From Flavobacteriia bacterium (lineage in GTDB: Bacteria; Bacteroidota; Bacteroidia; Flavobacteriales; Schleiferiaceae), in contig JAYOTP010000003.1 in NCBI GenBank assembly GCA_038150465.1, positions 46,123 to 110,122 on the forward strand: a DNA stretch of 64,000 nt. The letters are read 5' to 3'. Below are positions 56,582 through 64,000 of this stretch, piece by piece; the first letter of the stretch is position 1; each line of letters begins with the position of its first letter. The notes beneath the pieces are model-generated. The model worked only from the letters and a program-made list of their open reading frames with translations. It was not told where the DNA came from and searched no databases. The translations under genes and the position numbers were made by a program.

Positions 56582-57567
56582 TCGGTTTCGTGCAAGCTTT
56601 TCCAGATCTCGTCCTTCAGTTCGCTTAGGCCTTTTTGGGCCACTGACGAGATGTAGCAGTGCGGGATCTTCAGGGAGGCACTGATCTCTTCCTTGAGTTC
56701 GTCGTCCAGCAGATCGGATTTGGAAATGGCGATGATCCGCTCCTTGAGCAGGAGCTCTGGATTGTGCTTCTTCAGTTCACTCAGCAGGATCTCATAATCT
56801 TTCTGAATATCTGATGCATCAGCTGGGATCAAGAAAAGAAGGATGGAATTCCGTTCGATGTGTCGCAGGAACCGAAGACCGAGTCCTTTGCCTTCAGAAG
56901 CGCCTTCAATGATGCCTGGAATGTCCGCCATCACGAAAGATCGAAAATCCCGGTGCGCAACGATGCCCAGGTTCGGTGTGAGGGTGGTGAAGGGATAATC
57001 GGCGATCTCCGGTTTGGCCGCAGAGAGAACAGAAAGCAGGGTGGATTTCCCCGCATTGGGAAAGCCCACGAGCCCGACATCTGCCAGCAACTTCAGTTCG
57101 ACGAGTACATTGCGTTCTTCACCTTCTTCTCCGCCCTGGGCGAACCTCGGAGTCTGCCGCGTGGCGCTCTTGAAGTGTACATTGCCCAGACCTCCGCGGC
57201 CACCTTTTAAGATGATGAGTTCTTCACCGTGCTCGGTCACTTCGCCCAGCTTTTCATTGGTGTCGTGGTCGTAGGCCACAGCGCCCAGAGGAACCTCAAT
57301 GAAGTGATCAGCTCCCTGTTTCCCAGTGGATTCCTGCTTTCCTCCGTTTCCTCCGTTTTCCGCTTTTATGTGTCTTTTGTACCTCAGGTGGAGCAGGGTC
57401 CAGAGGTTTCTGTTGCCCTTTAGAACAATATGGCCTCCGCGACCACCGTCGCCGCCATCCGGCCCTCCCTTGGGGATGAACTTCTCCCTTCTGAGGTGGT
57501 GGGAACCCGCACCGCCTTTACCCGATTGGCACCAGATGCGAATGTGGTCAACGAAGTTCCTGGACAA
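56578..57567 (-). CDS. obg: GTPase ObgE/CgtA
   Basis: 329 aa: [18 protein letters not shown] Obg fold with Gly-rich repeats; G-domain [20 protein letters not shown]. Confidence 0.95.
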   Translation of the reverse strand: MSRNFVDHIRIWCQSGKGGAGSHHLRREKFIPKGGPDGGDGGRGGHIVLKGNRNLWTLLHLRYKRHIKAENGGNGGKQESTGKQGADHFIEVPLGAVAYDHDTNEKLGEVTEHGEELIILKGGRGGLGNVHFKSATRQTPRFAQGGEEGEERNVLVELKLLADVGLVGFPNAGKSTLLSVLSAAKPEIADYPFTTLTPNLGIVAHRDFRSFVMADIPGIIEGASEGKGLGLRFLRHIERNSILLFLIPADASDIQKDYEILLSELKKHNPELLLKERIIAISKSDLLDDELKEEISASLKIPHCYISSVAQKGLSELKDEIWKSLHETE

Positions 57568-57573
57568 GCTGGT

Positions 57574-58149
57574 CTATTTGATCTGATCCACGGCCTCCAC
57601 CAGCCGCTGGGTGATTTCGGAAATGCTGCCCACTCCGTCAATCCCGCGATAGCGCCCAAGGCCTTCATAATGGGTCTGAACCGGAGCAGTTTCCTCCCGA
57701 TAGACCCGGAGCCGGTTGGCAATGATCTCAGGATCCGCATCGTCCACTCTTCCGCTCGATTCAGCCCTTTTGATCAATCGCTCCTTCAGTTCTTCCTCGG
57801 GAACCTCCATGGCTACAAGGGCAGAGACCGATTCGTTGCGCTCGGCCAGAAAAGCATCCAGAGCAACAGCCTGTGCCACCGTCCTGGGGAATCCGTCGAA
57901 GATGAATCCCTTGGCATCGCTTCTTTTTTCCACTTCCTCCCGAAGCATGCGAACGGTCACCTCGTCCGGCACCAATTCACCTTTGTCTGCATAGGAGCGA
58001 GCCAGTTGGCCCAGTTCCGTTCCTTCTTTCATATGGTAGCGGAAGACATCGCCTGTGGAAAGGTGGATGAGCTGGTACTGCTCGGACAGGAAGGCCGCTT
58101 GTGTGCCCTTCCCTGCGCCTGGAGGACCGAACAAGATCAAATGAAGCAT
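57574..58149 (-). CDS. adk: adenylate kinase
   Basis: 191 aa: LILFGPPGAGKGTQA P-loop, GFIFDGFPRTVAQA. Short-lid type. Confidence 0.95.
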   Translation of the reverse strand: MLHLILFGPPGAGKGTQAAFLSEQYQLIHLSTGDVFRYHMKEGTELGQLARSYADKGELVPDEVTVRMLREEVEKRSDAKGFIFDGFPRTVAQAVALDAFLAERNESVSALVAMEVPEEELKERLIKRAESSGRVDDADPEIIANRLRVYREETAPVQTHYEGLGRYRGIDGVGSISEITQRLVEAVDQIK

Positions 58150-58178
58150 GATGGGTTGGCTCTTGAGATAGGAACTGC

Positions 58179-58186
58179 CAAAAATA
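58179..58186 (-). promoter_or_regulatory. candidate -7 promoter box (TATTTTTG) for the adk-obg array
   Basis: CAAAAATA on the + strand is TATTTTTG on the minus strand, 29 nt upstream of the adk ATG. Confidence 0.5.
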
Positions 58187-58231
58187 GGTCAGTGGAAACT
58201 TCTTTTGGATCAAGGGTCGATCGCTGATGCC

Positions 58232-58239
58232 TATTTTTG
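58232..58239 (+). promoter_or_regulatory. candidate -7 promoter box (TATTTTTG) for the mannose-1-phosphate guanylyltransferase gene
   Basis: Matches TAnnTTTG, 19 nt upstream of the ATG at 58259. A TTG lies about 24 nt further upstream. Confidence 0.5.
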
Positions 58240-58258
58240 CGCAAATCCATTTTAGACC

Positions 58259-59335
58259 ATGGAGCACGCGTACGCCATCGTTATGGCAGGAGGCATAGGA
58301 AGCCGCTTCTGGCCAATGAGCACAGCCTCGTATCCCAAGCAATTCCACGACATTCTCGGCACAGGCCAAAGTCTGTTGCAGCAGACAGTGGGACGACTCA
58401 ACCGGATCTGTCCCAGCGAGCGTGTGCTGATCGTCACCTCCGATCTATACAAGGAGCTTGTGCGCGAGCAACTTCCTGATCTGCCGGAACAGAATATTCT
58501 CTGCGAGCCCGCACGAAGGAATACAGCGCCCTGTTTGGCTTATGCCGTAGCGAAGATCCTTCACCGCGATCCGGAGGCGGTCATGGTGGTCACCCCATCG
58601 GATTCGGTGGTGACCAAAGAAGACGAATACGAACGCTGCATGCGCGAGGCGATGGCGGCTGCCCAGAAAGGCGACCGGCTCCTTACCCTTGGCATCAAGC
58701 CGCACCGGCCCGACACAGGCTACGGGTACATTCAATACAGCGAGGAAAGACTCGAGGACTTCGACAGCGTCCATAAGGTGAAGACCTTCACTGAGAAGCC
58801 GGACAGCGAACATGCGCAGATGTTCCTCGATAGCGGTGACTTTCTCTGGAATGCAGGGATCTTCATCTGGTCTGCCAGGAGCATCGAAAAGGCCATAGGA
58901 AAGCACATGCCCGATCTGGCCGATGCCTTCTTTGGCTCAGCGGCCTACGACACAGAAGAAGAGGTGCGCTTCATCGATCAGGTATACGCAAGCTGTGAGA
59001 CCGAGAGCATCGACTACGGCATCATGGAAAAGGCGAGCAATGTCTATGTGTTGCCTGCAGAATTTGGCTGGAGCGACCTGGGCACCTGGGGCAGCTTGTA
59101 TGAACAACTGGACCTCGACGCGCAAAACAATGCAGTCGTTGGGAAAAAGGTGCTCATGTATGATTCTTCAGGCAATATGGTCCGTGTACCCAAGGAAAAG
59201 ACCGTTGCCATACAGGGATTGAAGGACCTCATTGTCGTGGACACGCCCGAGCGATTGCTCATATGCCGGAAGGAAGATGAGCAAATGATCAAGGCTTTTG
59301 TCAACGATATCCGCATACACTTTGGCGAAGAATAG
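58259..59335 (+). CDS. mannose-1-phosphate guanylyltransferase
   Basis: 358 aa: AIVMAGGIGSRFWPMS nucleotidyl-transferase signature; YGYI, FTEKPD and IDYGIMEK motifs. Confidence 0.85.
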   Translation: MEHAYAIVMAGGIGSRFWPMSTASYPKQFHDILGTGQSLLQQTVGRLNRICPSERVLIVTSDLYKELVREQLPDLPEQNILCEPARRNTAPCLAYAVAKILHRDPEAVMVVTPSDSVVTKEDEYERCMREAMAAAQKGDRLLTLGIKPHRPDTGYGYIQYSEERLEDFDSVHKVKTFTEKPDSEHAQMFLDSGDFLWNAGIFIWSARSIEKAIGKHMPDLADAFFGSAAYDTEEEVRFIDQVYASCETESIDYGIMEKASNVYVLPAEFGWSDLGTWGSLYEQLDLDAQNNAVVGKKVLMYDSSGNMVRVPKEKTVAIQGLKDLIVVDTPERLLICRKEDEQMIKAFVNDIRIHFGEE

Positions 59336-60757
59336 GTGAAGCAGGAGGATCCCACTTCAGCGACGACCAATAAGCAAAGCACAGACGCTGCTTCGCCCAG
59401 TCTGTACAGAACCTTGATCGGTGAGCTCAAGTCCACCCTGAGCATCACGGGAAATGCGCACCCCAAAGACACCATTGAGGGCATCATCCGCGATGTGGAC
59501 TTCAAGGGATTCAATGTATGGATCCTCATTCTGGCCATCTTCATAGCGTCCATCGGGCTGAATGTCAACAGCACAGCTGTGATCATCGGGGCCATGTTGA
59601 TCTCCCCGCTCATGGGTCCGATCATGGGGGTCGGTCTGGGCATGGGCATCAACGACTGGACCTTGCTCAAGAGGAGTTTCCGTTCACTGGCTGTCGCTGT
59701 TTTGGTCGGTCTGATCACCTCGGCTTTGTACTTCAGCCTCACACCTCTGAGCGATGCTCAGTCGGAACTGCTGGCGCGCACGCGGCCCAACATCCTCGAT
59801 GTCTTCATTGCTTTTTTTGGCGGGCTGGCAGGTATTCTGGCCGGTTCGCGAAAGGAAAAGAGCAATGTGGTCCCCGGGGTAGCCATTGCGACCGCTCTGA
59901 TGCCGCCCTTGTGCACTGCGGGTTATGGGATCGGCACGGCCCAGTGGGAATTCGCCTTGGGTGCCTTTTACCTCTTCCTGATCAACAGCATTTTCATCAG
60001 CATCGCCACCTTTCTCGTGGTGCGTTTGCTTCGTTTTCCGCTGGTGGATTTCTCGGATCCGGCAAAAGAGCGCAGAGCACGCAGGTACATTACAGGCTTT
60101 GCTTTGGTGACGATCGTTCCTGCGATATGGGTGTTCCTGCTCACAGTCAAGGAGACGCTTTTTCTTCGCTCGGCCGATCAGTACGTGCAAGAGATCGTGG
60201 ACCATCCGGGAGCCGAGATCGTGAAGACCGAGGTCGAATACAGCGATACGCTCAGTACGATACAGATCGTGCTCATGGGCAAGAGGGTTCCGTCCGATGT
60301 CATCAAGGATTGGAAGGGAAAGATGTCATTGTATTCACTGGACAATACACGATTGGAAGTGATCCAGGGAGAAGAAGTGGAGCAGGCAATGAATGATGAT
60401 GTTCGTATGATGGTGGATGTCTTCAACAAGGCGCAGAACGACCTGCTGAAAAAAGATACACGGATACAGCTTCTGGAGGCACGCTTGCAGTCCATGGAGG
60501 CCAAACGGATCGATTTTCAGAAGCTCTCCACATCCGTCCACCTTCAGCATCCACAGATGCAGTCCTTCGATTTGTCCTTCCGATTGCATTCCGACTTCGA
60601 ACGGGTGGACACCATCCCGTATTTCTCCGTGCGGTGGAGCGATGAGGCCGATGTAAAGGAATGTATCCAGCGCGAGCAGCAATTGGCCGCCTGGCTCGAA
60701 TTTGAACTCGGATTGGACACACTCGTCCTATTGCGGGCGGATGCCCAAAGAGAATAA
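59336..60757 (+). CDS. DUF389 (TIGR00341-like) membrane protein with C-terminal soluble region
   Basis: 473 aa: GTG start directly abutting the upstream TAG. GAMLISPLMGPIMG and VAIATALMPPLCTAGYG motifs typical of DUF389. The last 180 aa or so are non-membrane. Confidence 0.65.
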   Translation: MKQEDPTSATTNKQSTDAASPSLYRTLIGELKSTLSITGNAHPKDTIEGIIRDVDFKGFNVWILILAIFIASIGLNVNSTAVIIGAMLISPLMGPIMGVGLGMGINDWTLLKRSFRSLAVAVLVGLITSALYFSLTPLSDAQSELLARTRPNILDVFIAFFGGLAGILAGSRKEKSNVVPGVAIATALMPPLCTAGYGIGTAQWEFALGAFYLFLINSIFISIATFLVVRLLRFPLVDFSDPAKERRARRYITGFALVTIVPAIWVFLLTVKETLFLRSADQYVQEIVDHPGAEIVKTEVEYSDTLSTIQIVLMGKRVPSDVIKDWKGKMSLYSLDNTRLEVIQGEEVEQAMNDDVRMMVDVFNKAQNDLLKKDTRIQLLEARLQSMEAKRIDFQKLSTSVHLQHPQMQSFDLSFRLHSDFERVDTIPYFSVRWSDEADVKECIQREQQLAAWLEFELGLDTLVLLRADAQRE

Positions 60758-60782
60758 CGCCCGATACTTACCTGAGGATCGG

Positions 60783-62177
60783 TTAATTCTTTCCGGTCAT
60801 TGCTTCCGGACGCACCCACTGATCGAATTGTTCGCCAGTGAGATGGCCGAGTTCGATCGCAGCATCTCTTAGCGTACTGCCTTCTTTATGGGCCTTCTTG
60901 GCGATCTGTGCGGCTTTGTCGTAGCCGATGTGTGTATTCAGCGCCGTGACCAGCATCAGGCTGTTCTCCAAATGTTTTTGGATCATGGGTTCATTGGGCC
61001 GGATGCCTGCAATACAGTTTTCTGTGAAGGAGACGCAGGCATCTCCGATGAGACGGGCAGATTCCAGCACATTGGTGGCGATCAGCGGCTTGAAGACATT
61101 CAACTCGAAATGACCTGTGGACCCTCCTACACTGACGGCCACATCGTTTCCGATCACCTGGGCCGCCACCATGGTCAGTGCCTCGGGCTGGGTCGGATTC
61201 ACCTTTCCGGGCATGATGGACGAACCGGGTTCATTGTCGGGAATGATCAATTCCCCGATCCCGCAGCGCGGGCCTGAGCTCAGCATCCGGATGTCGTTGC
61301 CGATCTTCATAAGTGATACGGCCAGGCGCTTCAGTGCACCCGACATTTCAACCATCGCATCGTGCGCGGCCAAAGCCTCGAATTTGTTGGGTGCGGACAC
61401 AAAAGGATGGCCCGTGAGCTCGGCAATGTGCCCGGCTACCTTTTGGGCATACCCCTTGGGTGTATTCAGGCCGGTTCCTACGGCTGTTCCGCCAAGAGCG
61501 AGTTCGGCAACCATCTCCTGCGCATTTTTCAGTGCCCGAATGCCGTTTTCGAGTTGTTGCACATAACCGCTGAATTCTTGTCCAACGGTAAGTGGTGTGG
61601 CATCCATGAAATGCGTGCGCCCGGTCTTCACCACATGGTCGAATTCCTTTGCCTTGTCGGCCAAAATATTTCTCAGCAGTTCGACCCCCGGGAGGGTGAT
61701 CTCTTCAACACACCGATAGGCAGCGATGTGCATGGCGGTGGGAAACGTATCGTTGGAAGACTGCGATTTGTTGACATCGTCGTTGGGGTGGAGCACCTTT
61801 TTTTCGTCGGTCAGCGCCCCTCCCTGAATCACGTGGCCGCGGTTGGCGATCACCTCATTCACATTCATATTCGATTGAGTGCCCGATCCGGTCTGCCAAA
61901 CGACCAGTGGAAATTCGTCATCGAGTTTCCCCTCGAGGATTTCATCACAGACGCTTCCGATCCACGCACTCTTTTGGGTATCCAGTACCCCGAGTTCCGC
62001 ATTGGTGCGGGCTGCAGCCTTTTTTAAAAAGGCGAATGCATGGACGATCTCGATCGGCATGCTGGCTTCCCGGCCGATCTTGAAATTGTTTCTGCTGCGT
62101 TCGGTCTGGGCGCCCCAATAACGGTGGGCGGGGACCTCAATGGGTCCCATGGTGTCCCGCTCGGTACGGTATTCCAT
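60783..62177 (-). CDS. fumC: class II fumarate hydratase
   Basis: Start at [16 protein letters not shown] (ATG at 62177). [11 protein letters not shown] and the [13 protein letters not shown] signature. Confidence 0.95.
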   Translation of the reverse strand: MEYRTERDTMGPIEVPAHRYWGAQTERSRNNFKIGREASMPIEIVHAFAFLKKAAARTNAELGVLDTQKSAWIGSVCDEILEGKLDDEFPLVVWQTGSGTQSNMNVNEVIANRGHVIQGGALTDEKKVLHPNDDVNKSQSSNDTFPTAMHIAAYRCVEEITLPGVELLRNILADKAKEFDHVVKTGRTHFMDATPLTVGQEFSGYVQQLENGIRALKNAQEMVAELALGGTAVGTGLNTPKGYAQKVAGHIAELTGHPFVSAPNKFEALAAHDAMVEMSGALKRLAVSLMKIGNDIRMLSSGPRCGIGELIIPDNEPGSSIMPGKVNPTQPEALTMVAAQVIGNDVAVSVGGSTGHFELNVFKPLIATNVLESARLIGDACVSFTENCIAGIRPNEPMIQKHLENSLMLVTALNTHIGYDKAAQIAKKAHKEGSTLRDAAIELGHLTGEQFDQWVRPEAMTGKN

Positions 62178-62196
62178 GATGAAGAGATTTAAAGTG

Positions 62197-62204
62197 CAAA
62201 TGTA
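62197..62204 (-). promoter_or_regulatory. candidate -7 promoter box (TACATTTG) for fumC
   Basis: CAAATGTA on the + strand is TACATTTG on the minus strand, 19 nt upstream of the fumC ATG. Confidence 0.45.
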
Positions 62205-62238
62205 GGGGGCAGCCCTAGCTGCAGAACCCAATTTGACT

Positions 62239-62246
62239 TACTTTTG
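62239..62246 (+). promoter_or_regulatory. candidate -7 promoter box (TACTTTTG) for the small membrane ORF
   Basis: Matches TAnnTTTG, 15 nt upstream of the ATG at 62262. Confidence 0.4.
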
Positions 62247-62261
62247 AGCAAACTTTGGAAT

Positions 62262-62426
62262 ATGTTCATGCAGCTGCTCGGATTTTTTGTCTTCCTGTTC
62301 ATTTTCCTCATGGGATTTTCCATGCTGATCTTTCTTGCGGGTTTCGTAGGATACTGGATCACCATCAATTTTTTGGAAAAGATCAATCCCAAGTTGGCCT
62401 ACAAGATCATCGGCCACAAGGAGTAA
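62262..62426 (+). CDS. hypothetical small membrane protein (54 aa)
   Basis: MFMQLLGFFVFLFIFLMGFSMLIFLAGFVGYWITINFLEKINPKLAYKIIGHKE: about 35 consecutive hydrophobic residues, then a basic tail. The track start at 62244 is TTG and lies inside the -7 box, so the ATG at 62262 is preferred. Confidence 0.45.
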   Translation: MFMQLLGFFVFLFIFLMGFSMLIFLAGFVGYWITINFLEKINPKLAYKIIGHKE

Positions 62427-62443
62427 GAACTCCTAAGTCTTTT
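62419..62443 (+). terminator. possible weak terminator after the small ORF
   Basis: AGGAGT-AAGA-ACTCCT hairpin (62419..62434) spanning the TAA stop, then AAGTCTTTTT. Confidence 0.3.
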
Positions 62444-63747
62444 TATTTCTTCCGAATGTAGATCTGTACGGGTGAACCGCTCAGATCGAAGCGTTCGCGC
62501 AACTGGCGCTCGAGGAAACGCTTGTACGGATCCTTCACGTATTGCGGGAGGTTGGCGAAAAAGACGAATTGCGGGTAGCGCGTGGGCAATTGGGTGATGT
62601 ACTTGATCTTGATGTATTTGCCTTTGACCGATGGCGGGGGATAGGCCTCGATCAGAGGCAACAGTTCCTGATTCAGCTTGGAGGTCGATATGCGGGTCTT
62701 CCGTCGCTCGTGGACCGCTATGCCTTCCTCGAGGGCTTTGAGCAATCGCTGCTTCTTCAGTGCGGAGACAAATAGAATCGGGATGTCCATAGAGGGCGCG
62801 ATCTTCTCCTCGATCCGCTTGGTGAATTGCTTGACCGAATGCGTGTCCTTTTCCAGCAGATCCCATTTGTTCACCAGGATCACCAGCCCCTTGTTGTTCT
62901 TTTCGGCCAGGTGGAACACATTGAGGTCCTGGGTTTCAAAGCCCTGTTCAGCGTCGATGAGCAGGAAGCAGACATCGCAGTGCTCGATGGATCGAATACT
63001 GCGCATGTTCGAGTAGAATTCGAGGTTCTCGTGCACCTTGGTCTTTTTCCGTAGGCCGGCAGTGTCGACCAATATGAAGTCGTGGTTGAATTGACGGTAA
63101 CGCGTGTGCACCGAGTCGCGGGTCGTTCCCGCAATATCCGTGACGATGTTCCGGTCCTGTCCCGTGAGTGCATTGATGAAACTGGATTTGCCCACATTGG
63201 GCCGACCGATGACCGCGAAGCGGGGAAGTTCGCTTTCGTCCTCTTCACTGGTTTCCGGCATTTCCTCGATCACCTGATCGAGCAATTCGCCAGTGCCCGA
63301 TCCGTTGTTGGCAGAAATGGGAAAGAAGGCATCGAATCCGAGGGCATAGAATTCGGCGGCGTCCGCCTGGTCCTTGCTGCTGTCTACTTTGTTCACCACC
63401 AGATAGATGGGTTTTTTCACAGGACGAAGCAATTGAGCGATCTCCTTGTCGGTGGGATGCATGCCGTCCTGGCTGTCCACGAGAAAGAGAATGGCCGTGG
63501 CCTCGTCGATGGCCAATTCCACCTGGCGCCGGATCTCCTCTTCGAATACGTCTTCACTCCCCGAGATGTAGCCACCGGTGTCGATGATCGAGAATTCCTG
63601 TCCATTCCAGTCGCTGCGGCCGTAGTGCCTGTCGCGGGTCACACCGGAGGTCGGGTCCACAATGGCGTCGCGTCTTTGGGTGAGGCGGTTGAAGAGCGTC
63701 GACTTGCCCACATTGGGTCTTCCGACGATGGCAATGAGGTTTCCCAT
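62443..63747 (-). CDS. der: ribosome biogenesis GTPase Der (EngA)
   Basis: 434 aa with two tandem G domains (GRPNVGKSTLFN and GRPNVGKSSFINAL) and a C-terminal KH-like domain. Confidence 0.95.
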   Translation of the reverse strand: MGNLIAIVGRPNVGKSTLFNRLTQRRDAIVDPTSGVTRDRHYGRSDWNGQEFSIIDTGGYISGSEDVFEEEIRRQVELAIDEATAILFLVDSQDGMHPTDKEIAQLLRPVKKPIYLVVNKVDSSKDQADAAEFYALGFDAFFPISANNGSGTGELLDQVIEEMPETSEEDESELPRFAVIGRPNVGKSSFINALTGQDRNIVTDIAGTTRDSVHTRYRQFNHDFILVDTAGLRKKTKVHENLEFYSNMRSIRSIEHCDVCFLLIDAEQGFETQDLNVFHLAEKNNKGLVILVNKWDLLEKDTHSVKQFTKRIEEKIAPSMDIPILFVSALKKQRLLKALEEGIAVHERRKTRISTSKLNQELLPLIEAYPPPSVKGKYIKIKYITQLPTRYPQFVFFANLPQYVKDPYKRFLERQLRERFDLSGSPVQIYIRKK

Positions 63748-63750
63748 GGG

Positions 63751-64000
63751 CTATGGATTGTATCCGAATCGTTTGAGTTGTCGGTCGCTCTTGCGCCAAT
63801 CTTTGCTGACCTTGATGTAAAGTTCCAGAAAGACCGTCTTTCCAAAAAAGACCTTGAGTTGCTTCCTGGATCGCTCGGCCAGTTTGCGCAGTGCTTTTCC
63901 CTGATGACCGATGAGGATGCCCTTCTGACTGTCCCGGCTCACATGGACCACTGCCCGGATCTCGTGCCGTTCTTCTCCTTCCACAAAAGATTCGATCTCG
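63751..64000 (-). CDS. era: GTPase Era, partial (C-terminal KH domain only; N-terminus beyond the right window edge)
   Basis: The reading frame is open to the window edge. VVHVSRDSQKGILIGHQGKALRKL is the Era KH-domain motif. Its stop is 3 nt upstream of the der start. Confidence 0.85.
   Translation of the reverse strand, partial: EIESFVEGEERHEIRAVVHVSRDSQKGILIGHQGKALRKLAERSRKQLKVFFGKTVFLELYIKVSKDWRKSDRQLKRFGYNP

Overview
This 64-kb window looks like ordinary core chromosome from a member of the Bacteroidota, probably Flavobacteriia-like. The evidence is the conserved ruvA-sprA-gcvH-vanZ block (SprA is the T9SS translocon), several TonB and TonB-dependent receptor genes, mevalonate-pathway genes, and repeated TAnnTTTG -7 promoter boxes in the intergenic gaps. 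I call 58 protein-coding genes, two of them cut by the window edges. About 45 are recognisable housekeeping genes: cox/cyoE, cysQ, gcvH, ruvA, dnaG, fabD, queD, hppA, serS, rplU-rpmA, groES-groEL, alaS, hutU, rnhB, crcB, obg, adk, fumC, der and era. Packing is very tight. Many junctions are ATGA, TGATG or TAATG start/stop overlaps, and there are long same-strand arrays. I found no rRNA, tRNA, CRISPR array, transposase, integrase, phage gene or recognisable defence gene, and no obvious compositional island. Many track ORFs are antisense shadows of real genes, or in-frame upstream extensions of them, and were discarded. I do not see a convincing new biological system here. The best candidates for follow-up all score moderately (0.45 or below): (1) a five-gene coupled M23-MerR-LemA-TPM-TPM cassette; (2) a queD-fabD-MVD-GHMP kinase-UbiA array whose UbiA member has degenerate Asp-rich motifs; (3) a 145-aa soluble C-terminal extension on the membrane pyrophosphatase; (4) an 848-aa orphan lipoprotein; (5) a bacterial GH3 homologue overlapping a secreted protein of unknown function; (6) a 54-aa membrane ORF with its own promoter and terminator. 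All family assignments come from reading motifs in the translations, not from database searches.
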